Made by a program: the position numbers and the translations under genes
The notes under the pieces: model-generated
The model's input: the letters and a program-made list of their open reading frames with translations, nothing else
The model's database searches: none
What the model was told of the DNA's origin: nothing
NCBI RefSeq assembly: GCF_000698785.1
Contig: NZ_CP007536.1
Span: forward strand, 330,001-362,000
From: Nitrososphaera viennensis EN76
Lineage (GTDB): Archaea; Thermoproteota; Nitrososphaeria; Nitrososphaerales; Nitrososphaeraceae
Direction of reading: 5' to 3'
Length of the DNA: 32,000 nt
Part shown: positions 1 through 6,909 of the stretch, piece after piece
Numbering within the stretch: the stretch's first letter is position 1
Layout: every line of letters begins with the position of its first letter

Positions 1-1
1 A

Positions 2-109
2 ATTCCTTCCAAAATAGAGGCCAGAGTAGTAAATGGGGTATTGAATATCAGTATGCCAAAGAAAACGCCTTCAAAAACAGACGAAGAAACAAAAGTGGAG
101 GTAAAGTAA
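2..109 (+). CDS. Small heat-shock protein (Hsp20/alpha-crystallin family), C-terminal fragment; 5' end lies outside the window
   Basis: Frame 2 reads IPSKIEARVVNGVLNISMPKKTPSKTDEETKVEVK, then TAA at 107-109. The A-x-x-x-NGVL-x-I-x-x-PK pattern is typical of the end of the alpha-crystallin domain. It is absent from the ORF track because it is truncated. Confidence 0.65.
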   Translation: MPSKIEARVVNGVLNISMPKKTPSKTDEETKVEVK

Positions 110-112
110 GAT

Positions 113-949
113 ATGAAAAATCGACTTGTTTTCTTTGGATTGATAGCCTTGGCGGCTGTGCTTGCAACAACTTCATCCATTGCAGCAATAATACCTAACG
201 CGGCGGCATTCCATACCTTTGGCGGAACATATGTCGTAAACATAATACCTGGCGCCGCTCAACAAGAAAGCCTCTATCATTACTACCCGCCTTCAATTGC
301 GGTCCCAAAAGAAACTGAGGTGGCTTGGTTCAACGGTGATCCAGAGCAGCCACATACCGTAACCAGCGGTAATCCCGGAGGCCAGGATTCAGGAATGATA
401 TTCAACTCCGGAGTCATGTCATATCAGTACTTCTTTCAGTACGAATTCCATCAAGCCGGAGACTATCCGTACTACTGCATGATTCACCCCTGGAGGTTAG
501 GTACGATCCATGTAAGTGACGAAGTCGTACAGGGAAATAACTTTGAATTCTCCACTGGAACGGGCAGCACGTGGAATTTATTGGAATTTGACAGGAACTT
601 GCTGAAATTCGAGCCAACTACCGTGTCGCTTGAGGAAACAACTCCTGCAAGCTATTACGTATCAATAGTCGATAATACGACAAAGCAGACAGTTCACAAT
701 GGATTCTTCCCGTCGACAAACAACCTGCTGATCGAGCTGATATCCAATGACAGCAACGCCAACCAGACAATCACGTATGGCCCAGACAGGGCATCCACCA
801 TACACTCGACTCCCGGAGCATATCATGTTCAAGGCAACTTCGTCAAGACTGGCGCCACGTATGCCATCAACGTAGTCCTATATTCGGTCGATGGAAAACC
901 CTTGGAGTCACCGCCAATGGATCGGTTCCAGCTCAAAGTGGCAGGATAG
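113..949 (+). CDS. Exported or membrane-anchored blue (type 1) copper protein: plastocyanin/amicyanin-like N-terminal domain plus a ~150-aa C-terminal domain of unknown function
   Basis: 278-aa ORF with a hydrophobic N-terminus (MKNRLVFFGLIALAAVLA). Cupredoxin ligand pattern PHTV ... YYCMIHPWRLGTIHV has His, Cys and His, but no Met in the residues after the second His. Confidence 0.75.
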   Translation: MKNRLVFFGLIALAAVLATTSSIAAIIPNAAAFHTFGGTYVVNIIPGAAQQESLYHYYPPSIAVPKETEVAWFNGDPEQPHTVTSGNPGGQDSGMIFNSGVMSYQYFFQYEFHQAGDYPYYCMIHPWRLGTIHVSDEVVQGNNFEFSTGTGSTWNLLEFDRNLLKFEPTTVSLEETTPASYYVSIVDNTTKQTVHNGFFPSTNNLLIELISNDSNANQTITYGPDRASTIHSTPGAYHVQGNFVKTGATYAINVVLYSVDGKPLESPPMDRFQLKVAG

Positions 950-1021
950 GAAACAGTACCAGAAGATGGGTCCCCGGTACTGCAAGATGTTGACATCTGC
1001 GCTACCTGTCACCATCTTCCA

Positions 1022-1028
1022 TTTTTTT
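1022..1028 (+). terminator. Oligo-T (T7) tract, possible archaeal terminator downstream of the copper protein gene
   Basis: atttttttga lies 73 nt after the stop at 949. It is preceded by the inverted repeat cagtacc...ggtactg. Confidence 0.35.
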
Positions 1029-1088
1029 GATCCTGTTCCATGCATGCTCTCTATCTTGAAGTCAGCATGCAGTACTTTGCAACAAGCG

Positions 1089-1433
1089 TTAGAGGGCGCT
1101 ATCTCCCTTCTCCCTAGTGCCCAAGTCGTAGGCCTCTGCCACGTCATAAACGAATATCTTGCCAATCGCAGAAGTGCCGACGCCAAAAGTCTTAAGGACA
1201 TCTTCTATAATCTCTCTACTCAGGGCGTCAGATACAAGCACCTGTACTTTGGTCCGGAACCCAAACTCTGGTACATACGTCATGACCCCTCTCCCAATCG
1301 TTATTGGTTTTTGTCTTGTGCGTCCTCTTCCCTTGATATCATAAAACGACATTCCTCCAACCTTGTGCTTGTGTAGTAGTTCATTCAGCTGTGGCAGATG
1401 CTCCTGGGGAATAATTATTTCGAGCTTTCTCAT
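1089..1433 (-). CDS. P-II family (GlnB-like) signal-transduction protein
   Basis: MRKLEIIIPQEHLPQLNELLHKHKVGGMSFYDIKGRGRTRQ...IGKIFVYDVAEAYDLGTREKGDSAL aligns along its length with the P-II fold pattern (MKKIEAII...GMTV..V.G.G.Q.......GKIFV....). I chose the ATG at 1433 because the longer track ORF (to 1484) would run through the promoter motif. Confidence 0.85.
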   Translation of the reverse strand: MRKLEIIIPQEHLPQLNELLHKHKVGGMSFYDIKGRGRTRQKPITIGRGVMTYVPEFGFRTKVQVLVSDALSREIIEDVLKTFGVGTSAIGKIFVYDVAEAYDLGTREKGDSAL

Positions 1434-1469
1434 GTATGTTATTTCAAGGTCCAGATATGATAAACTAGT

Positions 1470-1493
1470 TGCATTGCACTGCACTATGCTGCA
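1470..1493. promoter_or_regulatory. TGCA-array motif (5 units), upstream of the P-II gene
   Basis: tgcattgcactgcactatgctgca. A TATA-like tttatcatat (minus strand, 1455-1464) lies between the motif and the ATG at 1433. Confidence 0.6.
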
Positions 1494-1494
1494 A

Positions 1495-1932
1495 TCATGA
1501 ATCTTCCAACATCTTGATTGAATCTCCGATCGATTTCTTGACCTCGCTTAGAATCTGAAGTACTTCTTTCTCATTGCTGTCTCCATTCTGCTTCTGTTCA
1601 AGCTCATTGTTGTAGTACTTCATCCACGAGTATGTATGTTGCAGGTTCTGAAAAAGTGGAAACGGCAGCAGGATCTGTTTCCCTCCAAGTATTGTTGCAT
1701 CCCACATGTCTGTAAAAAATGGCTTGAAGTCGCTGTACTTGACCGACTCTTCAATAAACCGTAGCTTGTTGTTAAGGTCGTTTTTGACAAAGTGGACTAT
1801 CTGCTGCCTGTTCCTATCTTCCTCTTTCCTGATCTTGCGCTTGTCGACTAAAGCTTCCACGTAAATGGCGCCGTATATTATAGCTGCAAGAAGCATCATT
1901 TCAACTAGGAGGGAATCCCACTGTATTGCCAA
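1495..1932 (-). CDS. Hypothetical protein with an N-terminal transmembrane helix
   Basis: 145-aa ORF with a TTG start at 1932 (alternative ATG at 1899). Hydrophobic segment LLVEMMLLAAIIYGAIYV. TATA-like ttaattataatc (minus strand, ~1955-1966) lies upstream. I recognise no family. Confidence 0.5.
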   Translation of the reverse strand: MAIQWDSLLVEMMLLAAIIYGAIYVEALVDKRKIRKEEDRNRQQIVHFVKNDLNNKLRFIEESVKYSDFKPFFTDMWDATILGGKQILLPFPLFQNLQHTYSWMKYYNNELEQKQNGDSNEKEVLQILSEVKKSIGDSIKMLEDS

Positions 1933-1975
1933 CGGTGCAAATATCCACAGGTTTGATTATAATTAACATAGGGTA

Positions 1976-1994
1976 CGCAGTGTATTGCTCTGCA
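1976..1994. promoter_or_regulatory. Degenerate TGCA-array motif in the divergent 1932(-)/2035(+) intergenic region
   Basis: cgcagtgtattgctctgca: four units in 5-bp phase (CGCA, TGTA, TGCT, TGCA). Confidence 0.4.
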
Positions 1995-2034
1995 AACATA
2001 TCCATTAAGAAGAAGATATTGTCATGCATGAGGC

Positions 2035-2472
2035 ATGAGTGCAGTAAGCGAAATAATGTGCTCCAAGGTTGTAACCATCGACGGCAACTCTGACCCTTCA
2101 GTGCTTGATGTTGTTGGAGAAATGGTCAAGAACAAGACGGGTGCCATCATAATCCTTGAAAATGGGAAGCCGTCGGGCATCATCACGGAGAGAGATATTC
2201 TCAAAAAGGTCTCTGCTCACAACAAAAAGCCGAAGGATGTGCAGGCCAAAAACATCATGTCATCGCCCTTGATAACCGTCAAGGCGTATGATTCTGTCGA
2301 TACAGCTGCCAAAGCTATGACAAAAAACAAAATAAAGAGGCTCCCAATCTTGGAGACCGACGGCTCGCTTGTAGGTATGATCTCTGCGACAGACATTGCC
2401 AAGAAGCTGGCCAAAATACTGGCAGACGACTATAACCGCTACCGCTCATTAAAGGGCGCCCTTGAACTCTAG
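2035..2472 (+). CDS. CBS-domain pair (Bateman module) protein
   Basis: 145 aa with two CBS repeats: IMCSKVVTID...GAIIILENGKPSGIITERDILKKV and IMSSPLITVKAYDSVDTAAKAMTKNKIKRLPILETDGSLVGMISATDI. Confidence 0.9.
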   Translation: MSAVSEIMCSKVVTIDGNSDPSVLDVVGEMVKNKTGAIIILENGKPSGIITERDILKKVSAHNKKPKDVQAKNIMSSPLITVKAYDSVDTAAKAMTKNKIKRLPILETDGSLVGMISATDIAKKLAKILADDYNRYRSLKGALEL

Positions 2473-2619
2473 TCAATAGCGCTCTCTCTTGGTGCCGGTA
2501 TGGCACGCTTGACATGCCCCGCACCACTCGCAGACTTTTGGAGTTTCTGCGCCACACTTGATACACATGGCCTCGGGGCTGTGCACCTTTACTTCATGAA
2601 AGCTGTGGGGCTGTCGCAT
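2473..2619 (-). CDS. Small Cys-rich (zinc-ribbon-like) protein, 48 aa, below the ORF-track size cut-off
   Basis: My translation is MRQPHSFHEVKVHSPEAMCIKCGAETPKVCEWCGACQACHTGTKRERY*, from ATG 2619-2617 to stop 2475-2473. It contains a CxxC...CxxCxxCxxC cluster. It sits 5 nt downstream of ORF 2625..2855 in a different frame. Confidence 0.4.
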   Translation of the reverse strand: MRQPHSFHEVKVHSPEAMCIKCGAETPKVCEWCGACQACHTGTKRERY

Positions 2620-2624
2620 TCTGG

Positions 2625-2855
2625 TCAAAATGAGTGCCTCCTCATCGTGCCCTTTGATTTTGCCTCAACTTTTTTCGGCAGGCTCCTTGCCAAGACCCTG
2701 TCTGTTACTCTTGTCTTTTGAAATTCACCGTTGTGACACCTGTTGGATTGCTCCATGAGCAGTTTTGGAGGCGTGTGATATTTCAAAGCCCGGTACACAG
2801 TGCATGGCAATGTGTTCCTCAGCCGTAAATAATCAGAAAAGGCAATCCCGGACAT
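2625..2855 (-). CDS. Hypothetical basic protein (76 aa)
   Basis: ORF on the same strand as its two neighbouring small genes. No recognisable domain. It could be the N-terminal part of a frameshifted gene continued by 2473..2619. Confidence 0.3.
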   Translation of the reverse strand: MSGIAFSDYLRLRNTLPCTVYRALKYHTPPKLLMEQSNRCHNGEFQKTRVTDRVLARSLPKKVEAKSKGTMRRHSF

Positions 2856-2887
2856 GGAGATGCCAGATCAAAGACGAGTAGTCCTAT

Positions 2888-3193
2888 TCATCGAAGCGGA
2901 AGCGTTCTGACAAAGCGGAGCGTGATGCCGCGTTTTTCATCCTTTTCAAGTATGCATGTTTCGTCCATAGTCATTGGAATTCTTGAAGTCCGCCTTCCGC
3001 ATGCAGGACAAGTTACCTGCATCCGTTTTCCATTCATGCAGGTTGCACACCAGTGGCAGTTGTCGCAAATTTCAAGTACAACATCGGGAAAGTTTTCGCC
3101 GGTAATCTTTCCTTGTCTTGCATTCAGATCCTCGTGGGGTAGAATCTGGCTTTCTGGCGATTCCTCTGCTCTTCGTTCTTTTCTAGGGGGCAT
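2888..3193 (-). CDS. Hypothetical zinc-ribbon protein
   Basis: 101 aa with CDNCHWCATC...TCPACGRR (paired CxxC motifs). It is divergent from the USP gene at 3285 and shares the motif at 3232-3246. Confidence 0.55.
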   Translation of the reverse strand: MPPRKERRAEESPESQILPHEDLNARQGKITGENFPDVVLEICDNCHWCATCMNGKRMQVTCPACGRRTSRIPMTMDETCILEKDEKRGITLRFVRTLPLR

Positions 3194-3231
3194 GATACTA
3201 ACTGCAACTCGTCATAGTTAAGCTTCAGGTA

Positions 3232-3246
3232 TGCAGTGCATTGCAG
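3232..3246. promoter_or_regulatory. TGCA-array motif (canonical 15-mer) between divergent genes 3193(-) and 3285(+)
   Basis: tgcagtgcattgcag, identical to 4201-4215, followed by A/T-rich gtaaatacta (3261-3270). Confidence 0.7.
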
Positions 3247-3284
3247 TATAGCCGTTTCTTGTAAATACTACTCTCTGTCAGATT

Positions 3285-3746
3285 ATGATCATGGTTTCAA
3301 GAATTCTCGTCCCTCACGACGGAACTGAAATGTCAGACAGGGCCCTCTCAAAGGCAACCGAGTTTGCCAAGGCGATGAAGTCGGAGATGGTAATAGTGCA
3401 TATTGTCGACAGCAGGTTCGTGCCGCCGAGTGCCACTCTTGGCTTCATAAGCGATAGAACATCGCTTGAGGGAGCCAAGACTGAGCTTGTCAGAATTCTA
3501 AAGTCCGGCGCAGAGCAAATGCTCAAGGAAAAAATGGCAAAGGTAAAGGCGGATGGCATAAGCGTTGACTTTATCCTAGGAGTGGGTTCTCCTGCTGAAG
3601 AGATAGTCACAATCGCGCGTAGCACCGGGTCAGACTTGATAGTGATGGGGAGCAGACAGCTGTCAAAAGCGGGTCTAGGGACTCTTGGCAGCGTTGCAAG
3701 AAAGGTGTCAGAGACTGCAGATTGCCCTGTGATGATAATACGTTGA
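3285..3746 (+). CDS. Universal stress protein (UspA family)
   Basis: RILVPHDGTEMSDRAL...VIVHIV...DLIVMGSRQLSKAGLGTLGSVARKVSETADCPVMII, the typical USP ATP-binding pattern G-x2-G-x9-GS. The start may be the second ATG at 3291. Confidence 0.9.
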   Translation: MIMVSRILVPHDGTEMSDRALSKATEFAKAMKSEMVIVHIVDSRFVPPSATLGFISDRTSLEGAKTELVRILKSGAEQMLKEKMAKVKADGISVDFILGVGSPAEEIVTIARSTGSDLIVMGSRQLSKAGLGTLGSVARKVSETADCPVMIIR

Positions 3747-3755
3747 TTTTTCTTA

Positions 3756-4145
3756 TTATGTCATGAACTTGATGTCGAGGGTCTTTATCTTCCATCCTTT
3801 CTTTTCGTCCGGCTTCAGGTCAAACGTAAAGCGGCCCTTTACCCTGTCGCCACGTTCAAAGGTAACAAGAGCAGTCAATTGGCCCTCCTCTTGACCATGC
3901 TTGGCCTTCAATATCTTGATCTTGCGGTGCATGTTTCTGTTTGCCATCATGGCTACTTTGAGAAATGGCTCGATTAATGACCTGCCATGCAGTCCCTGAG
4001 CTTTACTGAAGGGCTCATAAACTGTCGCGTCGTAGTCGAACAGGTCAAGAAGGCCATCCACGTCTTTGTCCTCTATCAGCTTGAAGAACCTGTACACGAT
4101 GTTCTCCCGGCTGTCGGGACCTTTGACGTTGCCTTTAGGCATCAC
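3756..4145 (-). CDS. NTF2/SnoaL-like fold protein
   Basis: 129 aa. ENIVYRFFKLIEDKDVDGLLDLFDYDATVYEPF... resembles the N-terminal pattern of SnoaL-like/NTF2 domain proteins. Confidence 0.65.
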   Translation of the reverse strand: MMPKGNVKGPDSRENIVYRFFKLIEDKDVDGLLDLFDYDATVYEPFSKAQGLHGRSLIEPFLKVAMMANRNMHRKIKILKAKHGQEEGQLTALVTFERGDRVKGRFTFDLKPDEKKGWKIKTLDIKFMT

Positions 4146-4200
4146 GGCATGCGTTCACCTTTGCAAACAATATGGCATATTGATAGATAACCTGTCGGAT

Positions 4201-4215
4201 TGCAGTGCATTGCAG
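4201..4215. promoter_or_regulatory. TGCA-array motif (canonical 15-mer) upstream of the NTF2-like gene
   Basis: tgcagtgcattgcag. A TATA-like ttatctatcaatat (minus strand, 4177-4190) lies between the motif and the start at 4145. Confidence 0.7.
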
Positions 4216-4228
4216 TTTATCTGAATGC

Positions 4229-4837
4229 CTATCTCAATACGACCTCTGCGATAGTGGTATTCGGCGTGACGTGTATCTCTGCCCTTACCTTTGCGAGGTT
4301 CTGAAATATCAAGGTGAGCAGTTCCTTTGTAAAGAGCGACCAGTTCTCGCCAAGCTCGTGCTGAACTACAAAGACATGCTTGCTTGAACCTTCTATCCTA
4401 TGATCGGCCTTTATGCCGGAGACCTTCATGTATTCTTCAAGAACCGAGAGCACCACCCATAGGTTGTAATGCTTTTTCATGAAAAGCACAGAGTCTTTCA
4501 TCAGATTAAAGGCGATCTGAGCAGCCTCTTTCACAATCAAGTCTCGGTACGTTTCTACTTCCTTTATGCCTCCTGCCTTTGCAGAAGCTATTGCCTTGTC
4601 AATGAGTGTCGAGAGCATCAGTTTTGGCACTGGCATCATGCCAATCTTGCTCTCGTACCTGTCCCACTCAGCATAGCGCTTGAGCACCTGGTTGACAAGG
4701 ACGTTGAGTGAAATTTCGCGCGTATCAGCCTCGCCCTGGAGCTCGTCTATTACCGACGAGTCGATCCTGAACGTGACGCTGCGAGTCTTTTTTGATTGGT
4801 AGGGAGAAGCTCCTTGGCCTTCAGAATCCGCAGACAT
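4229..4837 (-). CDS. Putative transcription regulator: N-terminal ribbon-helix-helix (CopG/Arc-like) domain plus an uncharacterised C-terminal domain
   Basis: RSVTFRIDSSVIDELQGEADTREISLNVLVNQVLKRY fits a beta-strand/helix/helix RHH pattern. The remaining ~130 aa are not recognised. Confidence 0.65.
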   Translation of the reverse strand: MSADSEGQGASPYQSKKTRSVTFRIDSSVIDELQGEADTREISLNVLVNQVLKRYAEWDRYESKIGMMPVPKLMLSTLIDKAIASAKAGGIKEVETYRDLIVKEAAQIAFNLMKDSVLFMKKHYNLWVVLSVLEEYMKVSGIKADHRIEGSSKHVFVVQHELGENWSLFTKELLTLIFQNLAKVRAEIHVTPNTTIAEVVLR

Positions 4838-4881
4838 ATGTATACAGTGCCAGCTGTGAAATTCGCCTTAAAAAGGCTTTT

Positions 4882-5337
4882 TCAATGCACCAAGAGGACA
4901 GGACATCTGGAAAGCTCGGCGACTTTGCGTGCAACACTTCCAAGCACCTTGAGTTTCGATATTCCTTTGAGCCCCTTGCTACCCATTACTATGAGGTCAG
5001 TCTCTTCCTTTCTTGCCGTCTCAAGTATCAGCAAAGCAGGGTCGCCCACAGAGTGCACAAGCTTCACGTCCAGGCCCTGTTTTTTGCAGTTTTCTACAAG
5101 CGATTCTAATGATCTGACAACATGTCCTTCAGACGACTTGACAAGAAGTTCTGCTGCCTCGTTTATAGCTGCATTCGCTGCCTCACTGTATGTATAGATG
5201 AGCGAAGGAAGGGCCGTGACAGTCAGAAACGTCACCCTTGAGCCTGACAACTTGGCAATATACACTGCATGTTCGGCCGCCCTTTCAGAGAACTGTGAGC
5301 CGTCGTATGGGACGAGTATTCTGTGGTACGTGTTCAA
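4882..5337 (-). CDS. Universal stress protein (UspA family)
   Basis: HRILVPYDGSQFSERAAEHAVYIAK...DLIVMGSKGLKGISKLKVLGSVARKVAELSRCPVLLV. The TTG start at 5337 overlaps the TGA of the upstream CBS gene. Confidence 0.9.
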   Translation of the reverse strand: MNTYHRILVPYDGSQFSERAAEHAVYIAKLSGSRVTFLTVTALPSLIYTYSEAANAAINEAAELLVKSSEGHVVRSLESLVENCKKQGLDVKLVHSVGDPALLILETARKEETDLIVMGSKGLKGISKLKVLGSVARKVAELSRCPVLLVH

Positions 5338-5891
5338 ATCTGTCTCAGGTCACCTTCCAAAAGGCCGCTTCCAATGTGCAGCCTGTCGACGTGCTTTGAG
5401 AGATCCTGTTTGCTCTCAAAGCCTGAACCACAGTACGGGCAGGTTATGTTGGCGCCCACACCTGTTTCGATCAGTCCTGCCTCGATACTCTTGCCCGGCA
5501 TGTTCCCCACAATTGACATGAGCGTTAGCAGGCCTATTATCTCTCCTTTTCTCTTGACTGGAAGTCTTCTGATTCCCTTATTCCTCATGATAAGAGTTGC
5601 TTCCAATACAGTTGCGGACTCGTCTACTGTAATGAGGGGAGTGCTCATGATCTCTTTGAGAGTTGTCTTGAAAGGTCCTTTGTTTTCCGCCACTACCTTG
5701 TAGAGAATGTCCCTCTCCGTGATAATCCCTACAAGTTCCTTTGTTCCCTTGTGAGAGACCAACACGCTTGAAAAGTCCTTTTTCTTCATTGCTTTTACAG
5801 CTTCTGCCACGCAGGATGTTTCGTCCATCACAAGCATGTCAGGAGTGGCCAATTCCCCAACTTTCCTTCCAAGATCTGCTTGCATGAGCAT
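5334..5891 (-). CDS. CBS-domain pair fused to a C-terminal C2H2-type zinc finger
   Basis: The start is set at ATG 5891 (MLMQADLG...). Two CBS repeats are followed by ITCPYCGSGFESKQDLSKHVDRLH (C-x2-C-x12-H-x4-H). Confidence 0.85.
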   Translation of the reverse strand: MLMQADLGRKVGELATPDMLVMDETSCVAEAVKAMKKKDFSSVLVSHKGTKELVGIITERDILYKVVAENKGPFKTTLKEIMSTPLITVDESATVLEATLIMRNKGIRRLPVKRKGEIIGLLTLMSIVGNMPGKSIEAGLIETGVGANITCPYCGSGFESKQDLSKHVDRLHIGSGLLEGDLRQI

Positions 5892-5916
5892 GGTACGACG
5901 AGGGAACGATATATCG

Positions 5917-5938
5917 TGCATGTATGCAGTGCAATGCA
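5917..5938. promoter_or_regulatory. TGCA-array motif between divergent CBS genes 5891(-) and 5985(+)
   Basis: tgcatgtatgcagtgcaatgca. It is flanked by TATA-like gatatatc (5908-5915, for the minus gene) and taaaatatt (5954-5962, for the plus gene). Confidence 0.65.
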
Positions 5939-5984
5939 CAATATTCCTAGATGTAAAATATTGCCGAAGGCCAAGCGTTCCTAT

Positions 5985-6485
5985 ATGGGTATAGAGTCAA
6001 TTCCAGTTTCAAGTATCATGACCAAGGGGGTCAGGACAGCAGGGGAGGATCAGACAATTAGGGCTGTGGCAGAGATGATGGACAAACACGGAATTGGGAG
6101 CGTAGTGATTACAGACAGCAAGGGCTTGCCATCGGGCATAATCACGGAGCGTGATATAGTCCGACTCGTGGGCTCTCCCAAAACCTCTCTTGCAGCCCTT
6201 GCAAAAAGCGTCATGAAAAAACCTGTCATAACGGCTGATGCCATGATGTCGCTAAAGGATGCACTGCAGACGATGCAGGCCAAGGACATACGAAGGCTGC
6301 CTGTCGTTGAAAAGGGTAAGATGATTGGTATTGTAACTGACAAGGATATTTTCCGGGCGATATTAAAGAACCAGGCATTGGTATCAAGCATAGTCAGCGA
6401 CAGCGTTCTTGTAGAGAACAGGCCAGTCTACGAAAGGCTTTCCGAATTCATGCTGAACGAGATATATCAGCCGGGTGGTAGATAA
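5985..6485 (+). CDS. CBS-domain pair protein
   Basis: The start is set at ATG 5985 (MGIESIPVSSIMTKGV...). Repeats are GIGSVVITDSKGLPSGIITERDIV and DIRRLPVVEKGKMIGIVTDKDIF. Confidence 0.85.
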   Translation: MGIESIPVSSIMTKGVRTAGEDQTIRAVAEMMDKHGIGSVVITDSKGLPSGIITERDIVRLVGSPKTSLAALAKSVMKKPVITADAMMSLKDALQTMQAKDIRRLPVVEKGKMIGIVTDKDIFRAILKNQALVSSIVSDSVLVENRPVYERLSEFMLNEIYQPGGR

Positions 6486-6909
6486 AGTGTATTCAAAGGT
6501 ACTTGTTGCGACAGATGGATCAGAGTGTGCAAGAAGGGCATTAGAATCTGCCATAAAGATGGTCAAGGCTCCTGATGGAACTCTGACAATTATGCATGTT
6601 CTTCAGCTTTCACCTGCAGTTGGCTTTGGAAAAAAACTCACAGAGGAGATAGAGTCGTTATTTCTAAAGGATGCAACTGCATTTCTAGAGGATCAAAAAC
6701 GAGAAGTCGAGGCAAGAGGGGTAAAGACAGACACCATACTGGTAAAGGGCAATCCCGCTCAAGCTATACTACATGCTGCAGAGGAAATGAATGCAGACCT
6801 GATAGTTATTGGAAGCCGGGGCCTTGGAGGAGTCAAGGGGCTCTTCCTTGGAAGCGTTTCAAATGCAGTGGTGCACGGCTCTAAAATTCCAGTTCTGGTC
6901 ACGAAATGA
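6475..6909 (+). CDS. Universal stress protein (UspA family)
   Basis: KVLVATDGSECARRALESAIKM...DLIVIGSRGLGGVKGLFLGSVSNAVVHGSKIPVLV. The GTG start at 6475 overlaps the end of the CBS gene; an alternative GTG is at 6487. Confidence 0.85.
   Translation: MVDKVYSKVLVATDGSECARRALESAIKMVKAPDGTLTIMHVLQLSPAVGFGKKLTEEIESLFLKDATAFLEDQKREVEARGVKTDTILVKGNPAQAILHAAEEMNADLIVIGSRGLGGVKGLFLGSVSNAVVHGSKIPVLVTK

Noticed and set aside
1068-1082. tgcagtactttgcaa between the convergent copper-protein and P-II genes.
   Set aside because: The TGCA units are 11 nt apart start to start (7 bases between them), not in the 5/10-bp phase. The site is downstream of both genes, so it is not a promoter context. It may be part of a terminator region.
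1434-1484. The longer N-terminal extension of the P-II ORF (track start 1484). The same issue applies to the longer track starts of the ORFs at 5880, 5939, 12909, 14004, 15262, 16390, 20836 and 27214.
   Set aside because: The extensions run through TGCA-array or TATA-like elements, or overlap the upstream gene, and add non-homologous residues. Internal starts directly follow promoter elements or upstream stops.
6260-6277. tgcactgcagacgatgca inside the CBS gene 5985..6485, which resembles the motif.
   Set aside because: Only two TGCA units are in 5-bp phase and the third is 9 nt away. It is inside coding sequence (DALQTMQA), so it is probably a chance occurrence.
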